Positions 28,166 through 37,694 of a stretch of 64,000 bases of DNA are shown piece by piece. The translations under genes and the position numbers were made by a program. The notes beneath the pieces are model-generated. The model searched no databases. It was not told the origin of the DNA and saw nothing but the letters and a program-made list of their open reading frames with translations. Every line of letters starts with the position of its first letter. Position 1 is the stretch's first letter. The DNA comes from Candidatus Omnitrophota bacterium (GTDB lineage: Bacteria > Omnitrophota > Gorgyraeia > Gygaellales > Profunditerraquicolaceae), in assembly GCA_018825985.1 (NCBI GenBank), contig JAHKAP010000024.1, forward strand, positions 3,095 to 67,094, in the 5' to 3' direction.

Positions 28166-29537
28166 GCGGCTTTTGCTGGATATTAATATAATCGGAGAAC
28201 CCGATCTTCTCGCCCATTTCCTCCTTCACCACCCTGATCCTATCCGGAACATAAGGGTGGGTCTTAAGATAATTTTTCGGACGCAGGGGTTTTCTACGGT
28301 TAATATCTTCCAACTTCTCTAAAAAATTAATCATTGCCTTTGGCGAATATCCGGCTAATTTAACGTAACGGGCAGCCAACTGATCAGCTAGCAATTCATC
28401 CTCCCGGCTAAAACCCAAAAGAAGTTCAGTAACAGCCATATCAGCCGCTGTTCCGACCTTGCCTGCGTCATTTAAAGGTACAGTCAATAACCTTAAAAAA
28501 CTATAGCTAATCACTCCCTGAAGTTTTTTTATGCTGTGGCGGGCCACGATATGGCCGACTTCATGAGCTAAAACCGCAGCCAGCTCATCATCACTGCTAA
28601 CCTTATCCACCAGGCCTTTATTTACATAAACAAAACCCCCGGGTAAAGAAAGAGCATTTACTTCTTCATCATCCAAAACTTTAAAATGATAATCAATATC
28701 CTTACGATCAGAAACGGCAACAACCTTCTTACCGATATCCTCTACCCGTTTCTGCAACAATGGATCATCGGCAAGTTTAAGTTCTTCTTCTAAAGACCTG
28801 GATATGGATTGGCCCATCTGCACCTCTTTATCGGTGCTATAATAGAACGACTCTTGCTTACCGGTAGCTATATTATATTCGGTAGAACAGCCAGATAGAA
28901 GAATAGTAGATAGCAGGCAGTAGATAGCAGGCAGGAAAAATAAAAACAGCTTAATATTTAGCTGTTTAAAAATAATATAAAGTTTTCTTAAAGGCAAACC
29001 CACGACATTATAGAAACACCCCTCTATTCTGCGAATAAATAAAGCCCCTCTACCCTGGATATCAAAACTCCCGGCTTTATCTAAAGGAGAAACCCGGGAA
29101 AAATAAGCATTAATTTCTTCATCGGTTAATTTATCCAGAAAAACCTTAGTTTTCTCATAAGAAACATTTTTGATATTCCTATCCTTATCGATCACAGCCA
29201 GGCCGGTATAAACCCACTGTGGCTTATCAGCCAGCCTCTTCAGCATCCTACGGGCATCATCTAAATCCCTGGGCTTACCGCAGACCCGGTTATTCTCAAC
29301 TACAATAGTATCGGCCCCAATAATAACCCCGCTTTTTACTCTGCGGGATGCCTCCAATGCTTTATTCAGGGCGTTAGCCTGGACTAATTCAGGATATGTT
29401 TTAACCGGGCTCTTTCTTATTTCTTTGACATTAGTCCGGATAACCTTAAACTTAAGCCCGATAGATTCCAATAATTTTTTCCGGGCCTTTGAGCCCGACG
29501 CCAAATATATAGTTCTCATATTAAATAATCTAGGCAC
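28155..29537 (-). CDS. maf: fusion ORF: N-terminal Maf nucleotide pyrophosphatase domain - TM/lipobox segment - C-terminal M48 zinc metallopeptidase domain
   Basis: Maf: IYLASGSKARKKLL...; junction LFLFFLPAIYCLLSTILLSGCS; M48: HEVGHIVARH (HEXXH); single 460 aa frame; junction contains a 14 bp tandem duplication. Confidence 0.6.
   Translation of the reverse strand: MPRLFNMRTIYLASGSKARKKLLESIGLKFKVIRTNVKEIRKSPVKTYPELVQANALNKALEASRRVKSGVIIGADTIVVENNRVCGKPRDLDDARRMLKRLADKPQWVYTGLAVIDKDRNIKNVSYEKTKVFLDKLTDEEINAYFSRVSPLDKAGSFDIQGRGALFIRRIEGCFYNVVGLPLRKLYIIFKQLNIKLFLFFLPAIYCLLSTILLSGCSTEYNIATGKQESFYYSTDKEVQMGQSISRSLEEELKLADDPLLQKRVEDIGKKVVAVSDRKDIDYHFKVLDDEEVNALSLPGGFVYVNKGLVDKVSSDDELAAVLAHEVGHIVARHSIKKLQGVISYSFLRLLTVPLNDAGKVGTAADMAVTELLLGFSREDELLADQLAARYVKLAGYSPKAMINFLEKLEDINRRKPLRPKNYLKTHPYVPDRIRVVKEEMGEKIGFSDYINIQQKPHGQ
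28907..28934. repeat. perfect 14 bp tandem duplication (tagatagcaggcag x2) inside the maf-M48 junction
   Basis: Copy 1 28907-28920, copy 2 28921-28934; 14 is not a multiple of 3, so copy number decides whether the two domains are in frame. Confidence 0.85.
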
Positions 29538-29600
29538 AGGTAAAGGAAAAGGTAAAGAAAAACTCTTTCCCTTCTCTACCTCTACCTATACCTTTACCTT
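29538..29600. repeat. GGTAWAGG / CCTWTACC imperfect long hairpin element (repeat family C)
   Basis: G-rich arm aggtaaaggaaaaggtaaag; C-rich arm ctacctctacctatacctttacct; intergenic between maf-M48 and the HI0933 gene. Confidence 0.6.
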
Positions 29601-29613
29601 CTAGTTTTTTAAG

Positions 29614-30855
29614 CTAGCTGCTTGCGGCGTTTTCGCCGGCAAGATACCCGGTTGAAAACGCAGCCTGCAGATTAAATCCTCCGGTATCCGCGTCAATATC
29701 TATTATTTCGCCGGCAAAATACAAACCCCTTATCAGGCGAGATTCCATAGTCTTAGGGTTAATATCCTTTAAGGAAACTCCTCCCCGGGTAACCATAGCC
29801 TCTTCAATCGGCCGGGTAGATTTAATATCCAAACGCAAGTTTTTAAACAAATGGGCCATTCTCTGGCGTTCGGATTGGGTAACCTGATTAGCTTTTTTTT
29901 CTGCGTTGATCCCTGTCAGCTTAATAAACAGGGCAATCAATTTTAAAGGCAAAAGCTCCTTCAGGGTATTTTTAAGGTTTTTTCTAGGGTAAATTTTAAA
30001 CTCTCTTATCAATCGGCTTTCCAGCTTCTCAGGGGTTAAACCCGGCTTTAAATCTATCTCTGCATAAACCTCATCAGCTGCGGACAATAGATCCGCTACT
30101 TTACCGCTTAAAGATAAAACCAAAGGCCCGGAAATCCCGAAACCGGTAAACAACAGTTCTCCTACTTCGGAGACAATTTCTTTTTTACCGGATCGGAATT
30201 TCAGGCGGATATTCTTAAGGGTCAAACCTTCCAGGTCTTTCGGATATTCCTGTTTAACTTCCAGCCCAACAAGCCCAGGTTTTAAATCCACTATTCTATG
30301 CCCAAATAGTTTAGCCATCGCCAGGCCTTCCCCGCTAGAACCGGTGAAACCATAGGATACTCCTCCGGTAGTCAGGATCACGCTATCCGCAGATATCGAA
30401 ACCTGATCAGATAAAATTACCGCCTTGACTAACTTATCTTTTACTAAGATCTCTTTTACCGGGTTACGGGTAATAACCCTGACCTTATTTTTCTGCAATT
30501 CCGCTTTTAACACTTCCAGGATGCTGGATGAATTATCGGTTACCGGGAAAACCCTCTCCTGCCGTTCGACTTTCAGGCGCAGGCCCCTATTCTCAAAAAA
30601 ATCCATTAAATCCCGATTAAAGAATTTATTAAAAGCGTCGCGCAGAAATTGGCCGTTATTGAACCTTTCCAGAAACAAATCCAATTCACAGGCATTGGTA
30701 AGATTACAGCGGCCTTTGCCGCTTAAGAGAAGTTTATTTCCTAAGGAAGGTTTTTTCTCAATAAGAATCACATCACTGGAGATTTGCGCGGCCCGGATAG
30801 CCGCCATCATACCGGCAGGACCGGCTCCCACAACCACTACAGTAATTTTACGCAC
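29614..30855 (-). CDS. NAD(P)/FAD-dependent oxidoreductase, HI0933/BaiN family
   Basis: VVVVGAGPAGMMAAIRAA dinucleotide-binding fold; TGGVSYGFTGSSGEG and C-terminal GE(I)IDIDADTGGFNLQ blocks. Confidence 0.7.
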   Translation of the reverse strand: MRKITVVVVGAGPAGMMAAIRAAQISSDVILIEKKPSLGNKLLLSGKGRCNLTNACELDLFLERFNNGQFLRDAFNKFFNRDLMDFFENRGLRLKVERQERVFPVTDNSSSILEVLKAELQKNKVRVITRNPVKEILVKDKLVKAVILSDQVSISADSVILTTGGVSYGFTGSSGEGLAMAKLFGHRIVDLKPGLVGLEVKQEYPKDLEGLTLKNIRLKFRSGKKEIVSEVGELLFTGFGISGPLVLSLSGKVADLLSAADEVYAEIDLKPGLTPEKLESRLIREFKIYPRKNLKNTLKELLPLKLIALFIKLTGINAEKKANQVTQSERQRMAHLFKNLRLDIKSTRPIEEAMVTRGGVSLKDINPKTMESRLIRGLYFAGEIIDIDADTGGFNLQAAFSTGYLAGENAASS

Positions 30856-30861
30856 AGGATA

Positions 30862-31422
30862 TTAGGTATTTAATTCTTCTATTCTATAGATAGAGTTTAA
30901 TCTCAGGCCCACTTTACCCAGATTAAGAGCCGCGCCTTCACCCCTATCAACTATGACAATAGCTTCCTCGGCAATTACCCCTATCTTATCCAGGGCTTCT
31001 TTGGCTTCGACGATAGATTTTCCGGTAGTAGCCACATCATCAACAATAATCACCCGGCAACCCTTCTTTAAGGCCGGGCCCTCGATTTGCCTGTGCATAC
31101 CGTGTTCCTTAACGGCCTTTCTCACTATAAACGTCTTTATGGGTATTTTATTGATATGGCTCAAGGCCCCAATCGCGCCAACTATAGGATCAGCCCCTAA
31201 AGTAGGCCCTCCGATAGCCTGGACATCCTTTTCCTTTATCAGATTCAGGATTATGCTAGCAACCAGATACGCGCCTTCCGGGGTTAGAGTAATTACTCTG
31301 CCATCCAGGTAATAACTGCTGGTTTTACCGGATGAAAGGATAAAATTCCCTTTTTTAAAAGCCTCTTTCTTTAAAAGGACCAACAACTTTTGCTTCAATT
31401 CTTTAAGCTCAATATTCTCCAT
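30862..31422 (-). CDS. pyrE: orotate phosphoribosyltransferase (short type)
   Basis: PRPP-binding VIIVDDVATTGKS; N-terminal orotate-binding GKTSSYYLD block. Confidence 0.65.
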   Translation of the reverse strand: MENIELKELKQKLLVLLKKEAFKKGNFILSSGKTSSYYLDGRVITLTPEGAYLVASIILNLIKEKDVQAIGGPTLGADPIVGAIGALSHINKIPIKTFIVRKAVKEHGMHRQIEGPALKKGCRVIIVDDVATTGKSIVEAKEALDKIGVIAEEAIVIVDRGEGAALNLGKVGLRLNSIYRIEELNT

Positions 31423-31490
31423 AATTTTATTATTTTACTATCCCTAAGAATGACTGTCAATATAAGCTTTATCCTACCTAAGAAATGGAA

Positions 31491-31554
31491 ATGGGGTCAG
31501 AAATGGGGTCAGAATTATTTTTTCTTATTCTACTTGCTGGTAAAAAATAATTCT
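31491..31554. repeat. perfect 23 bp inverted repeat (aaatggggtcagaattatttttt ... aaaaaataattctgaccccattt) plus 12 bp tandem direct repeat in the pyrE/comF divergent region
   Basis: Arms 31491-31513 and 31532-31554; aaatggggtcag repeated in tandem at 31479-31502. Confidence 0.7.
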
Positions 31555-31570
31555 GACCCCATTTCTTCTT

Positions 31571-32323
31571 TTGACAATTTTGGATTTCATTGATATTATA
31601 AAGGGTATGCTCAAAGAGTTCTTCCGTGGTTTAACGGATATGTTGTTCCCTAAAACCTGTTTGAGCTGCAAAACCAGGCTCATAACAGAGGCGCTCATCT
31701 GCCCTGATTGCAAAAACAAGATCAAAATAAATATACCGCCGTTTTGCATCCGTTGCGGAAAGCACCTGGAAAATAAAAATCTGAATAAAAACGTATGCCC
31801 GGCCTGCCGGAAAACACCTTTATATTTTGACCGGGCTTTTTCCCCTTGTATTTACGAAGGGGTAATCCAAAAGTTGATCCACCAATTTAAATATGGGAAT
31901 AAACGTTCCTTAAGCCCGGTTTTAGCCGGATTAATGAACGAGTTTATCCGGGAATACGGCATCTATCTGGATTTTATCGACTGGATAATACCTATACCGC
32001 TAAGCTCAGCAAGAATGCGGGAGAGAGAATATAACCAGTCCGAGCTTTTAAGCCGGCATATTGCGCAGGAGATTCAAAAAAAAGTTTCGCAAGATATACT
32101 TATCCGCAGCCGCAATACCTTGACCCAGACCGGGCTTAAGCACAGCCAGCGCCGGGAAAATGTGAAAGGGAGTTTTAAGGTAAGAGATTGCAAGCCTATA
32201 AAAGGCAGGAACCTTCTCTTAATTGACGACGTTCTGACCACCGGAGCTACTGCTTCTGAAGCTGCCTATACTTTGAAAAACGCGGGAGCAAATGTAGTAT
32301 TTGTCTTAACCCTGGCAAATTAA
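31571..32323 (+). CDS. comFC: ComF family protein (phosphoribosyltransferase-like, ComFC)
   Basis: N-terminal Cys4 zinc finger CLSC...CPDC...CIRCG; C-terminal PRTase motif LLIDDVLTTGAT. Confidence 0.75.
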   Translation: MTILDFIDIIKGMLKEFFRGLTDMLFPKTCLSCKTRLITEALICPDCKNKIKINIPPFCIRCGKHLENKNLNKNVCPACRKTPLYFDRAFSPCIYEGVIQKLIHQFKYGNKRSLSPVLAGLMNEFIREYGIYLDFIDWIIPIPLSSARMREREYNQSELLSRHIAQEIQKKVSQDILIRSRNTLTQTGLKHSQRRENVKGSFKVRDCKPIKGRNLLLIDDVLTTGATASEAAYTLKNAGANVVFVLTLAN

Positions 32324-32327
32324 ACCT

Positions 32328-33425
32328 ATGAAAATACTAAGAGAATATTTTCTTAAAGAATATTTAGGGCCATTAGTAGCCGCGCTGCTGGTCCTGACCT
32401 TTGTGATGATCCTGGGCAATCTAGTCAAGATCGCTGAATTGGTCATTAATAAAGGCGTGGACATCTATACCGTGATGAAACTATTCTTATTTATGGTGCC
32501 GGCATTGCTTACTTATACTCTGCCGATTGCCACACTGGTAGCGGTATTATTATCCTTGGGAAGATTGTCCAGCGATAATGAAATAGTAACCATTAAGGCC
32601 AGCGGCATAAATCTTTTAACCCTGATAATCCCGCTTTTGATCATCAGCCTTATCCTGAGCTTGATCCTGGTGGTATTCAATGACCGGGTCATACCCTATG
32701 CCCATTTTGCCACCCGTAAGACTTTAGTAGAGGTGGGAATCAAAAATCCCACTGCTGCCCTGGAGCCGGGGGTATTTATTAATTCTTTCGAAAAATACAT
32801 CCTGTTTATTTATTCCATTGAACAGAATAAGCTCCATAACGTGCGGATCTATGAACCGCAGGGAGAAGACAAGCCTACCCGGATCATCGTGGCCAAAAAA
32901 GGGGAATTTATCGCCATGCCGGAAAAAAACATCCTAAAACTAAAACTGATGGATGGGACGTCCGATGAACCCGACCCGAATAATCCCAGTAATTTCTACA
33001 AACTTAATTTTAAGACCTATTTTATGTCCTTAAATTTGTCCCAAATGCAGGATAAAAATAAAGTAGCGAAAAAGGCCAAAGATATGACCATAAATGAATT
33101 AGAGATTGAAACTGCCAGGCTTAAAAAAGATGGCATCGATCCCACCCCTCTTACGGTAGAGATCCATAAAAAATTATCCCTGGCTTTCTCCTGCTTTGTG
33201 TTTATTTTAGTCGGAATACCGCTGGCCATTATCACCCGCCGGAGGGAGAAATCGCTTAATTTCGGAATAGCCTTTCTTATTGTAGGTATATATTATTTAC
33301 TCTTAATCAGCGCTGAAGCCTTAAGCCTCAGGGGCGTGCTTAACCCGGGCCTGGCCATGTGGCTGCCTGACATAATATTCGGCTTAATCGGATCAATACT
33401 GACATTTAGAATATGCGCATTTTAG
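32328..33425 (+). CDS. lptF: LptF/LptG family LPS export permease
   Basis: YjgP/YjgQ family N-terminal block and TM topology; paired with an adjacent paralogue. Confidence 0.75.
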   Translation: MKILREYFLKEYLGPLVAALLVLTFVMILGNLVKIAELVINKGVDIYTVMKLFLFMVPALLTYTLPIATLVAVLLSLGRLSSDNEIVTIKASGINLLTLIIPLLIISLILSLILVVFNDRVIPYAHFATRKTLVEVGIKNPTAALEPGVFINSFEKYILFIYSIEQNKLHNVRIYEPQGEDKPTRIIVAKKGEFIAMPEKNILKLKLMDGTSDEPDPNNPSNFYKLNFKTYFMSLNLSQMQDKNKVAKKAKDMTINELEIETARLKKDGIDPTPLTVEIHKKLSLAFSCFVFILVGIPLAIITRRREKSLNFGIAFLIVGIYYLLLISAEALSLRGVLNPGLAMWLPDIIFGLIGSILTFRICAF

Positions 33426-34507
33426 ACCGCTATATCCTAAAATCGACCTTAGGCTTATTTTTAGGCTGCCTTTTTACTTTTTTCTCGCTTTACATAGTCA
33501 TCGATATATTATCTCATCTTGAACCAATCTTAGAAAACCATATTAAGCCTGGCATCCTCATCCAATATTACAGCTCTTACCTGCCGATCATATTCGTTCA
33601 GGTAGCCCCAATCGCCTGCCTTCTGGCAACCTTATATACCTTTGCCAAGCTGAATAAGGATAATGAAATCATCGCGATGAGAGCTTCGGGTTTAAGCATC
33701 TTCCAGATCACTAAAACCGTTATCATACTGGGAATGATCGTCAGCCTTGCAATATTTTGGGCCAATGATAAGTTTGTCCCTTCCGCTTTAGTCCTGACCC
33801 AAAAGATAAAAAGCCAAATCGAAGAAGGAATCAAGACCAAACATAAACCTAATACCATTATCAATGTTTCGATGTACGGCACTGGTAACCGGCTCTTTTT
33901 TGTAAACAAATTCTTAACTGATAAAAATATCATGGAAGGGATAATAATCCTAGAGCACGACGAAAAACAGAATATCAGGAAAAAAATCGTATCCAGTAAA
34001 GCGGCATATGCCGACGGAATATGGACGTTTTATAACGCCATCACCTATAATTTTGATGAAAACGGCCAGATCATAGACGAGCCTCAATATATGGAAGATG
34101 AAATAATACCCATAACCGAATCGCCCAGGGATTTCCTGAACCAAAGGCAGAGTCCGGAATATATGAACATTTCTCAATTAGAACAATATATCTGGAGGCT
34201 GACAAAAAGCGGAGCCAGCACAGTGATCAGGAACTTAAAAGTCGACTTATATAGAAGGTTTACCGACCCATTAAGCGGAGTAATTATAATATTCTTAGGG
34301 ATCCCATTCGCTTTAAAAATGCGCAAGCGGGCCACTGGATTATCTTCTTTGGGAGTTTCACTTATGGTAGGATTTTTATATCACGTCGCAAGCGCGATAA
34401 GCCTGGCCCTAGGAAAAGCCGGGATACTGCCTCCGATCTTAGCGGCATCCTTAAGCCACATCATTACTTTTTCCCTCAGCCTCTATTTAATAATGTCGCT
34501 TCCTTAA
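33413..34507 (+). CDS. lptG: LptF/LptG family LPS export permease (second paralogue)
   Basis: Same family architecture; 13 bp overlap with the upstream paralogue. Confidence 0.75.
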   Translation: MRILDRYILKSTLGLFLGCLFTFFSLYIVIDILSHLEPILENHIKPGILIQYYSSYLPIIFVQVAPIACLLATLYTFAKLNKDNEIIAMRASGLSIFQITKTVIILGMIVSLAIFWANDKFVPSALVLTQKIKSQIEEGIKTKHKPNTIINVSMYGTGNRLFFVNKFLTDKNIMEGIIILEHDEKQNIRKKIVSSKAAYADGIWTFYNAITYNFDENGQIIDEPQYMEDEIIPITESPRDFLNQRQSPEYMNISQLEQYIWRLTKSGASTVIRNLKVDLYRRFTDPLSGVIIIFLGIPFALKMRKRATGLSSLGVSLMVGFLYHVASAISLALGKAGILPPILAASLSHIITFSLSLYLIMSLP

Positions 34508-35667
34508 TCAAGATAAACCCGGGGTATCCTGCTGCCTAATCCGCAGGCGATTTCATAAGATATGGTTTCGGAAAGCCTGGCTAATTCTTCGGCTGTAATC
34601 TTAAATTTAGCCTGAGAACCGATAAGCACTGCCTCATCTCCCACTTTTATCTTATGATCTCCGACATCAACCATCATCTGGTCCATACAGACCCGGCCGC
34701 TGACCTTAAAACGCTCACCCTTGATCAATACCGGAGCTTTGTTGGATAGATTACGGGGATAGCCGTCGCCATAACCTATAGGCAAAGTTACGATAGTTGA
34801 TTCTTTTTTAGTAACATAGGTATGGCCGTAACTTATGCCATAACCTTTAGGCACTCTCTTAACATAGATTACCCTGGTTTTCAAACTTAATACCGGCTTT
34901 AACTTGATCTCTTCCCGCATATTGCGGGATCCCGCTTTGGCGGGAAAATTATACTCGGGATAAAGCCCGTAAAGCACCAGTCCCGGCCGAACCATATTAA
35001 AATGGCTATCCTGATAACCCACGACTCCCATGCTATTGGCAATATGAACTATCGCTATATTGGTCCCTTCCTTTTCTAGATCTGAAAGAAAAAGATCCAG
35101 CATCCGGATCTGCTTACGGGTAAAATCATCATCCACGTCAGCTAAAGGGAAATGGGTGAATATCCCCTGGATCCGGATATATTTAAGTCTCTGAACCCTG
35201 CGGATAAAATTGAACGCCTGGTCATATAATACGCCAACCCTGCCCATGCCGGTATCAAGTTTAATATGCACAGGGATAGAGATTTTTTTAGAACAAGCTC
35301 TCTTATTCAAAACCCTGGCTAGTTCATCAACGCAAACAGTAGGAGTTATCCGGTATTTAAACAAAGGTTCGATATCTTCTTTGAGTATTAAACCTAATAT
35401 CAATATTTGCGATTTTAAACCGGCTTTTCTTAAAGCTATCCCTTCATCAATAGAAGCTACTCCCAGACAATCCACGCCCAAAGATTCCAGTTTTTTAGAT
35501 ACAGGGATAATCCCATGGCCATAGGCATCCGCTTTCACACAAGCCATAACTTTAGTATCAGAAGATAAGAGGCTTTTTATCTTCTTAAAATTATAGCTGA
35601 GATTACTCAAGTTGACTTCGGCCCAGGTTGGCCGGTATCCTATTTTACTCATTTTCTCACCTGGCAA
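34504..35667 (-). CDS. alr: alanine racemase
   Basis: PLP-lysine block VKADAYGHG; C-terminal domain; the start may instead be the MSKIGYRP Met at 35652. Confidence 0.85.
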   Translation of the reverse strand: MPGEKMSKIGYRPTWAEVNLSNLSYNFKKIKSLLSSDTKVMACVKADAYGHGIIPVSKKLESLGVDCLGVASIDEGIALRKAGLKSQILILGLILKEDIEPLFKYRITPTVCVDELARVLNKRACSKKISIPVHIKLDTGMGRVGVLYDQAFNFIRRVQRLKYIRIQGIFTHFPLADVDDDFTRKQIRMLDLFLSDLEKEGTNIAIVHIANSMGVVGYQDSHFNMVRPGLVLYGLYPEYNFPAKAGSRNMREEIKLKPVLSLKTRVIYVKRVPKGYGISYGHTYVTKKESTIVTLPIGYGDGYPRNLSNKAPVLIKGERFKVSGRVCMDQMMVDVGDHKIKVGDEAVLIGSQAKFKITAEELARLSETISYEIACGLGSRIPRVYLD

Positions 35668-36344
35668 TCCTTAGGGTAAAGGTAGATCGGCTCAATCCTA
35701 AAAACATTATCAAATTTTTTATCTTTAATCCTATCCAGGGCCAGGCTCAAAATGTTTCCCGGCCTGGGGTACCAACGATCCTTATCCAGGATCATAACTT
35801 TCTTCAGGCCTGGATAGGTTTTATCTTTGATCAAATCTAAACCATCGCCAAATATCTGTATATTATTATATTTCTTGCTGGAAATAATTTTTTTTGCTTT
35901 GCTCAAAAAAGCTCCGGGAGTCAAAAGCGAATCAGGCATTAATTTCTTAAGCTCCCCCATTTGAAATCGATACAACGCCCCATACACCAATCCCCGTTTA
36001 GCGTCAACAATAGGCATAACTATATCGCCAGGCGTATTCGCGCCCTGGGCTAAAATATCCAGTGTAGGTATACCGATAATTGATTTGCGAGATGACCAGG
36101 CCAAACCCTTCATGGTAGCTAAACCTATGCGCAACCCGGTAAACGATCCCGGGCCTAAACCGCAGGCAAAATAATTGATATCCTTAACCTTCCATCCCAA
36201 AGTATTTAAAACCCTCTGGATAGTCGAGGCCAGAATTGCCGATAATCTTATTCCTAATTCAAGCTTATATTCATAAAATTTACCGTTATCATAAAGGCCT
36301 AAGCCTAAGTATTTAGTTGAAGTGTCAATGCCTAATATTTTCAT
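35649..36344 (-). CDS. tsaB: tRNA threonylcarbamoyladenosine biosynthesis protein TsaB
   Basis: MKILGIDTSTKYLGLGLY N-terminus; start placed at the internal ATG 36344, which has a GGAG SD, rather than the track start 36380. Confidence 0.8.
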   Translation of the reverse strand: MKILGIDTSTKYLGLGLYDNGKFYEYKLELGIRLSAILASTIQRVLNTLGWKVKDINYFACGLGPGSFTGLRIGLATMKGLAWSSRKSIIGIPTLDILAQGANTPGDIVMPIVDAKRGLVYGALYRFQMGELKKLMPDSLLTPGAFLSKAKKIISSKKYNNIQIFGDGLDLIKDKTYPGLKKVMILDKDRWYPRPGNILSLALDRIKDKKFDNVFRIEPIYLYPKDCQVRK

Positions 36345-36798
36345 CGATTTTCTCCAGTATTTCCTTATAATGTCTGCCAACGGGTTTAAATTTAAATACC
36401 CTCGCGCCGTCTTTTCGAATTTGTATATCTACCTTTAGATATTCTAAAGGCATAAGCTGTTTTAATTTGTCCGCCCATTCCACTATACTTACACCCTGGT
36501 CATAAAAATATTCCTCATAGCCCAGCCTGATTATATCATCAACTTCATTTAAACGATAGAGGTCAAAATGATAAATTGGAAATTTAGCTTCATACTCGCG
36601 GATCAAGACAAAGGTCGGACTGATAACTTCTTCTTTCTTAGCTCCCAAGCCTATAGCGATTCCCTTGGTTAAAACGGTCTTTCCTGAACCCAATTCACCG
36701 ACCAGACAGATAATATCGCCTTTATTTACTTGTCTGGCAAGGGCCATACCGATCGCTAATGTATCTTTTACTGAAAAAGATGTAATTTTTATCATCAA
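36325..36798 (-). CDS. tsaE: tRNA threonylcarbamoyladenosine biosynthesis ATPase TsaE
   Basis: Walker A GELGSGKT; 157 aa. Confidence 0.8.
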   Translation of the reverse strand: MMIKITSFSVKDTLAIGMALARQVNKGDIICLVGELGSGKTVLTKGIAIGLGAKKEEVISPTFVLIREYEAKFPIYHFDLYRLNEVDDIIRLGYEEYFYDQGVSIVEWADKLKQLMPLEYLKVDIQIRKDGARVFKFKPVGRHYKEILEKIDENIRH

Positions 36799-37694
36799 AA
36801 GTGTGTATAACCCTTAACTTTAATTTTCCTTGGATTTCCCAACCTATCTATAAGGACTAGTCCTTCTTTTTTACCTGTAATATGGCCTATAGGAAAGAAG
36901 CTATCGTTTACTGACAAAAGCCTCCGGGCTTCTTTTATAGACAAGGTAAAAAGCAGCTCAAAATCCTCACCGCTGGTAAGCGCGTCTTCTAATCCTGAGC
37001 AATCCCTGGATAAAGGGATCAGGTCCTGATAAATAACTGCCCCTTTATCGCTTTCTTCCAGGACATGACTTAGGTCCAGGGTTAAACCATCGGAGATATC
37101 AATCATAGAATTAAGCTTAAAACTATTTACCAAAAACCTGGCTTCTTTTATCCTGGGAGAGAATCTAAGATGCCTGCCCTTGATTGAACCGCCTAAGGCA
37201 GCGCTGACCATAATAATATCTTTTAACTTTGCCCCGCTCCTCAGGACCAAATTATTCTTTTCAACCAAACCGATCAAGCTTACATCGATAACCAGTTTTT
37301 CAGACCGGCTGATATCGCCTCCAATTATATTTAAGGAATAAACCTTAGCTAAATCTCTTATCCCTTTATATAATCCGTCTATGAATTTGATTTTTTTATT
37401 TTTGGGTATACCCAAAGAGATCAAGGCATACCGAGGCATTCCTCCGCAAGAGGCGATATCGCTCATGGACACGGCCAAGGATTTTCTGCCGATTAAATAA
37501 GGGTCTTCCTGAGATCTAAAATCTACTCCTTCAACCAGCATATCACAGGTCAAAAGCAGGTACTCGCGCTGGTTGAATTTAATCACCGCGCAATCATCCC
37601 CTATACCCTGGACCACTGAGTTATCGGTCCGGATTAACCTTTTGATCCTATGGATCAAACCAAACTCTCCAATCTTACTTAAAGATAGATTCAT
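36795..37694 (-). CDS. thiL: thiamine-monophosphate kinase
   Basis: GEFGLIHRIK...GIGDDCAV AIR-synthase-like fold. Confidence 0.8.
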   Translation of the reverse strand: MNLSLSKIGEFGLIHRIKRLIRTDNSVVQGIGDDCAVIKFNQREYLLLTCDMLVEGVDFRSQEDPYLIGRKSLAVSMSDIASCGGMPRYALISLGIPKNKKIKFIDGLYKGIRDLAKVYSLNIIGGDISRSEKLVIDVSLIGLVEKNNLVLRSGAKLKDIIMVSAALGGSIKGRHLRFSPRIKEARFLVNSFKLNSMIDISDGLTLDLSHVLEESDKGAVIYQDLIPLSRDCSGLEDALTSGEDFELLFTLSIKEARRLLSVNDSFFPIGHITGKKEGLVLIDRLGNPRKIKVKGYTHF

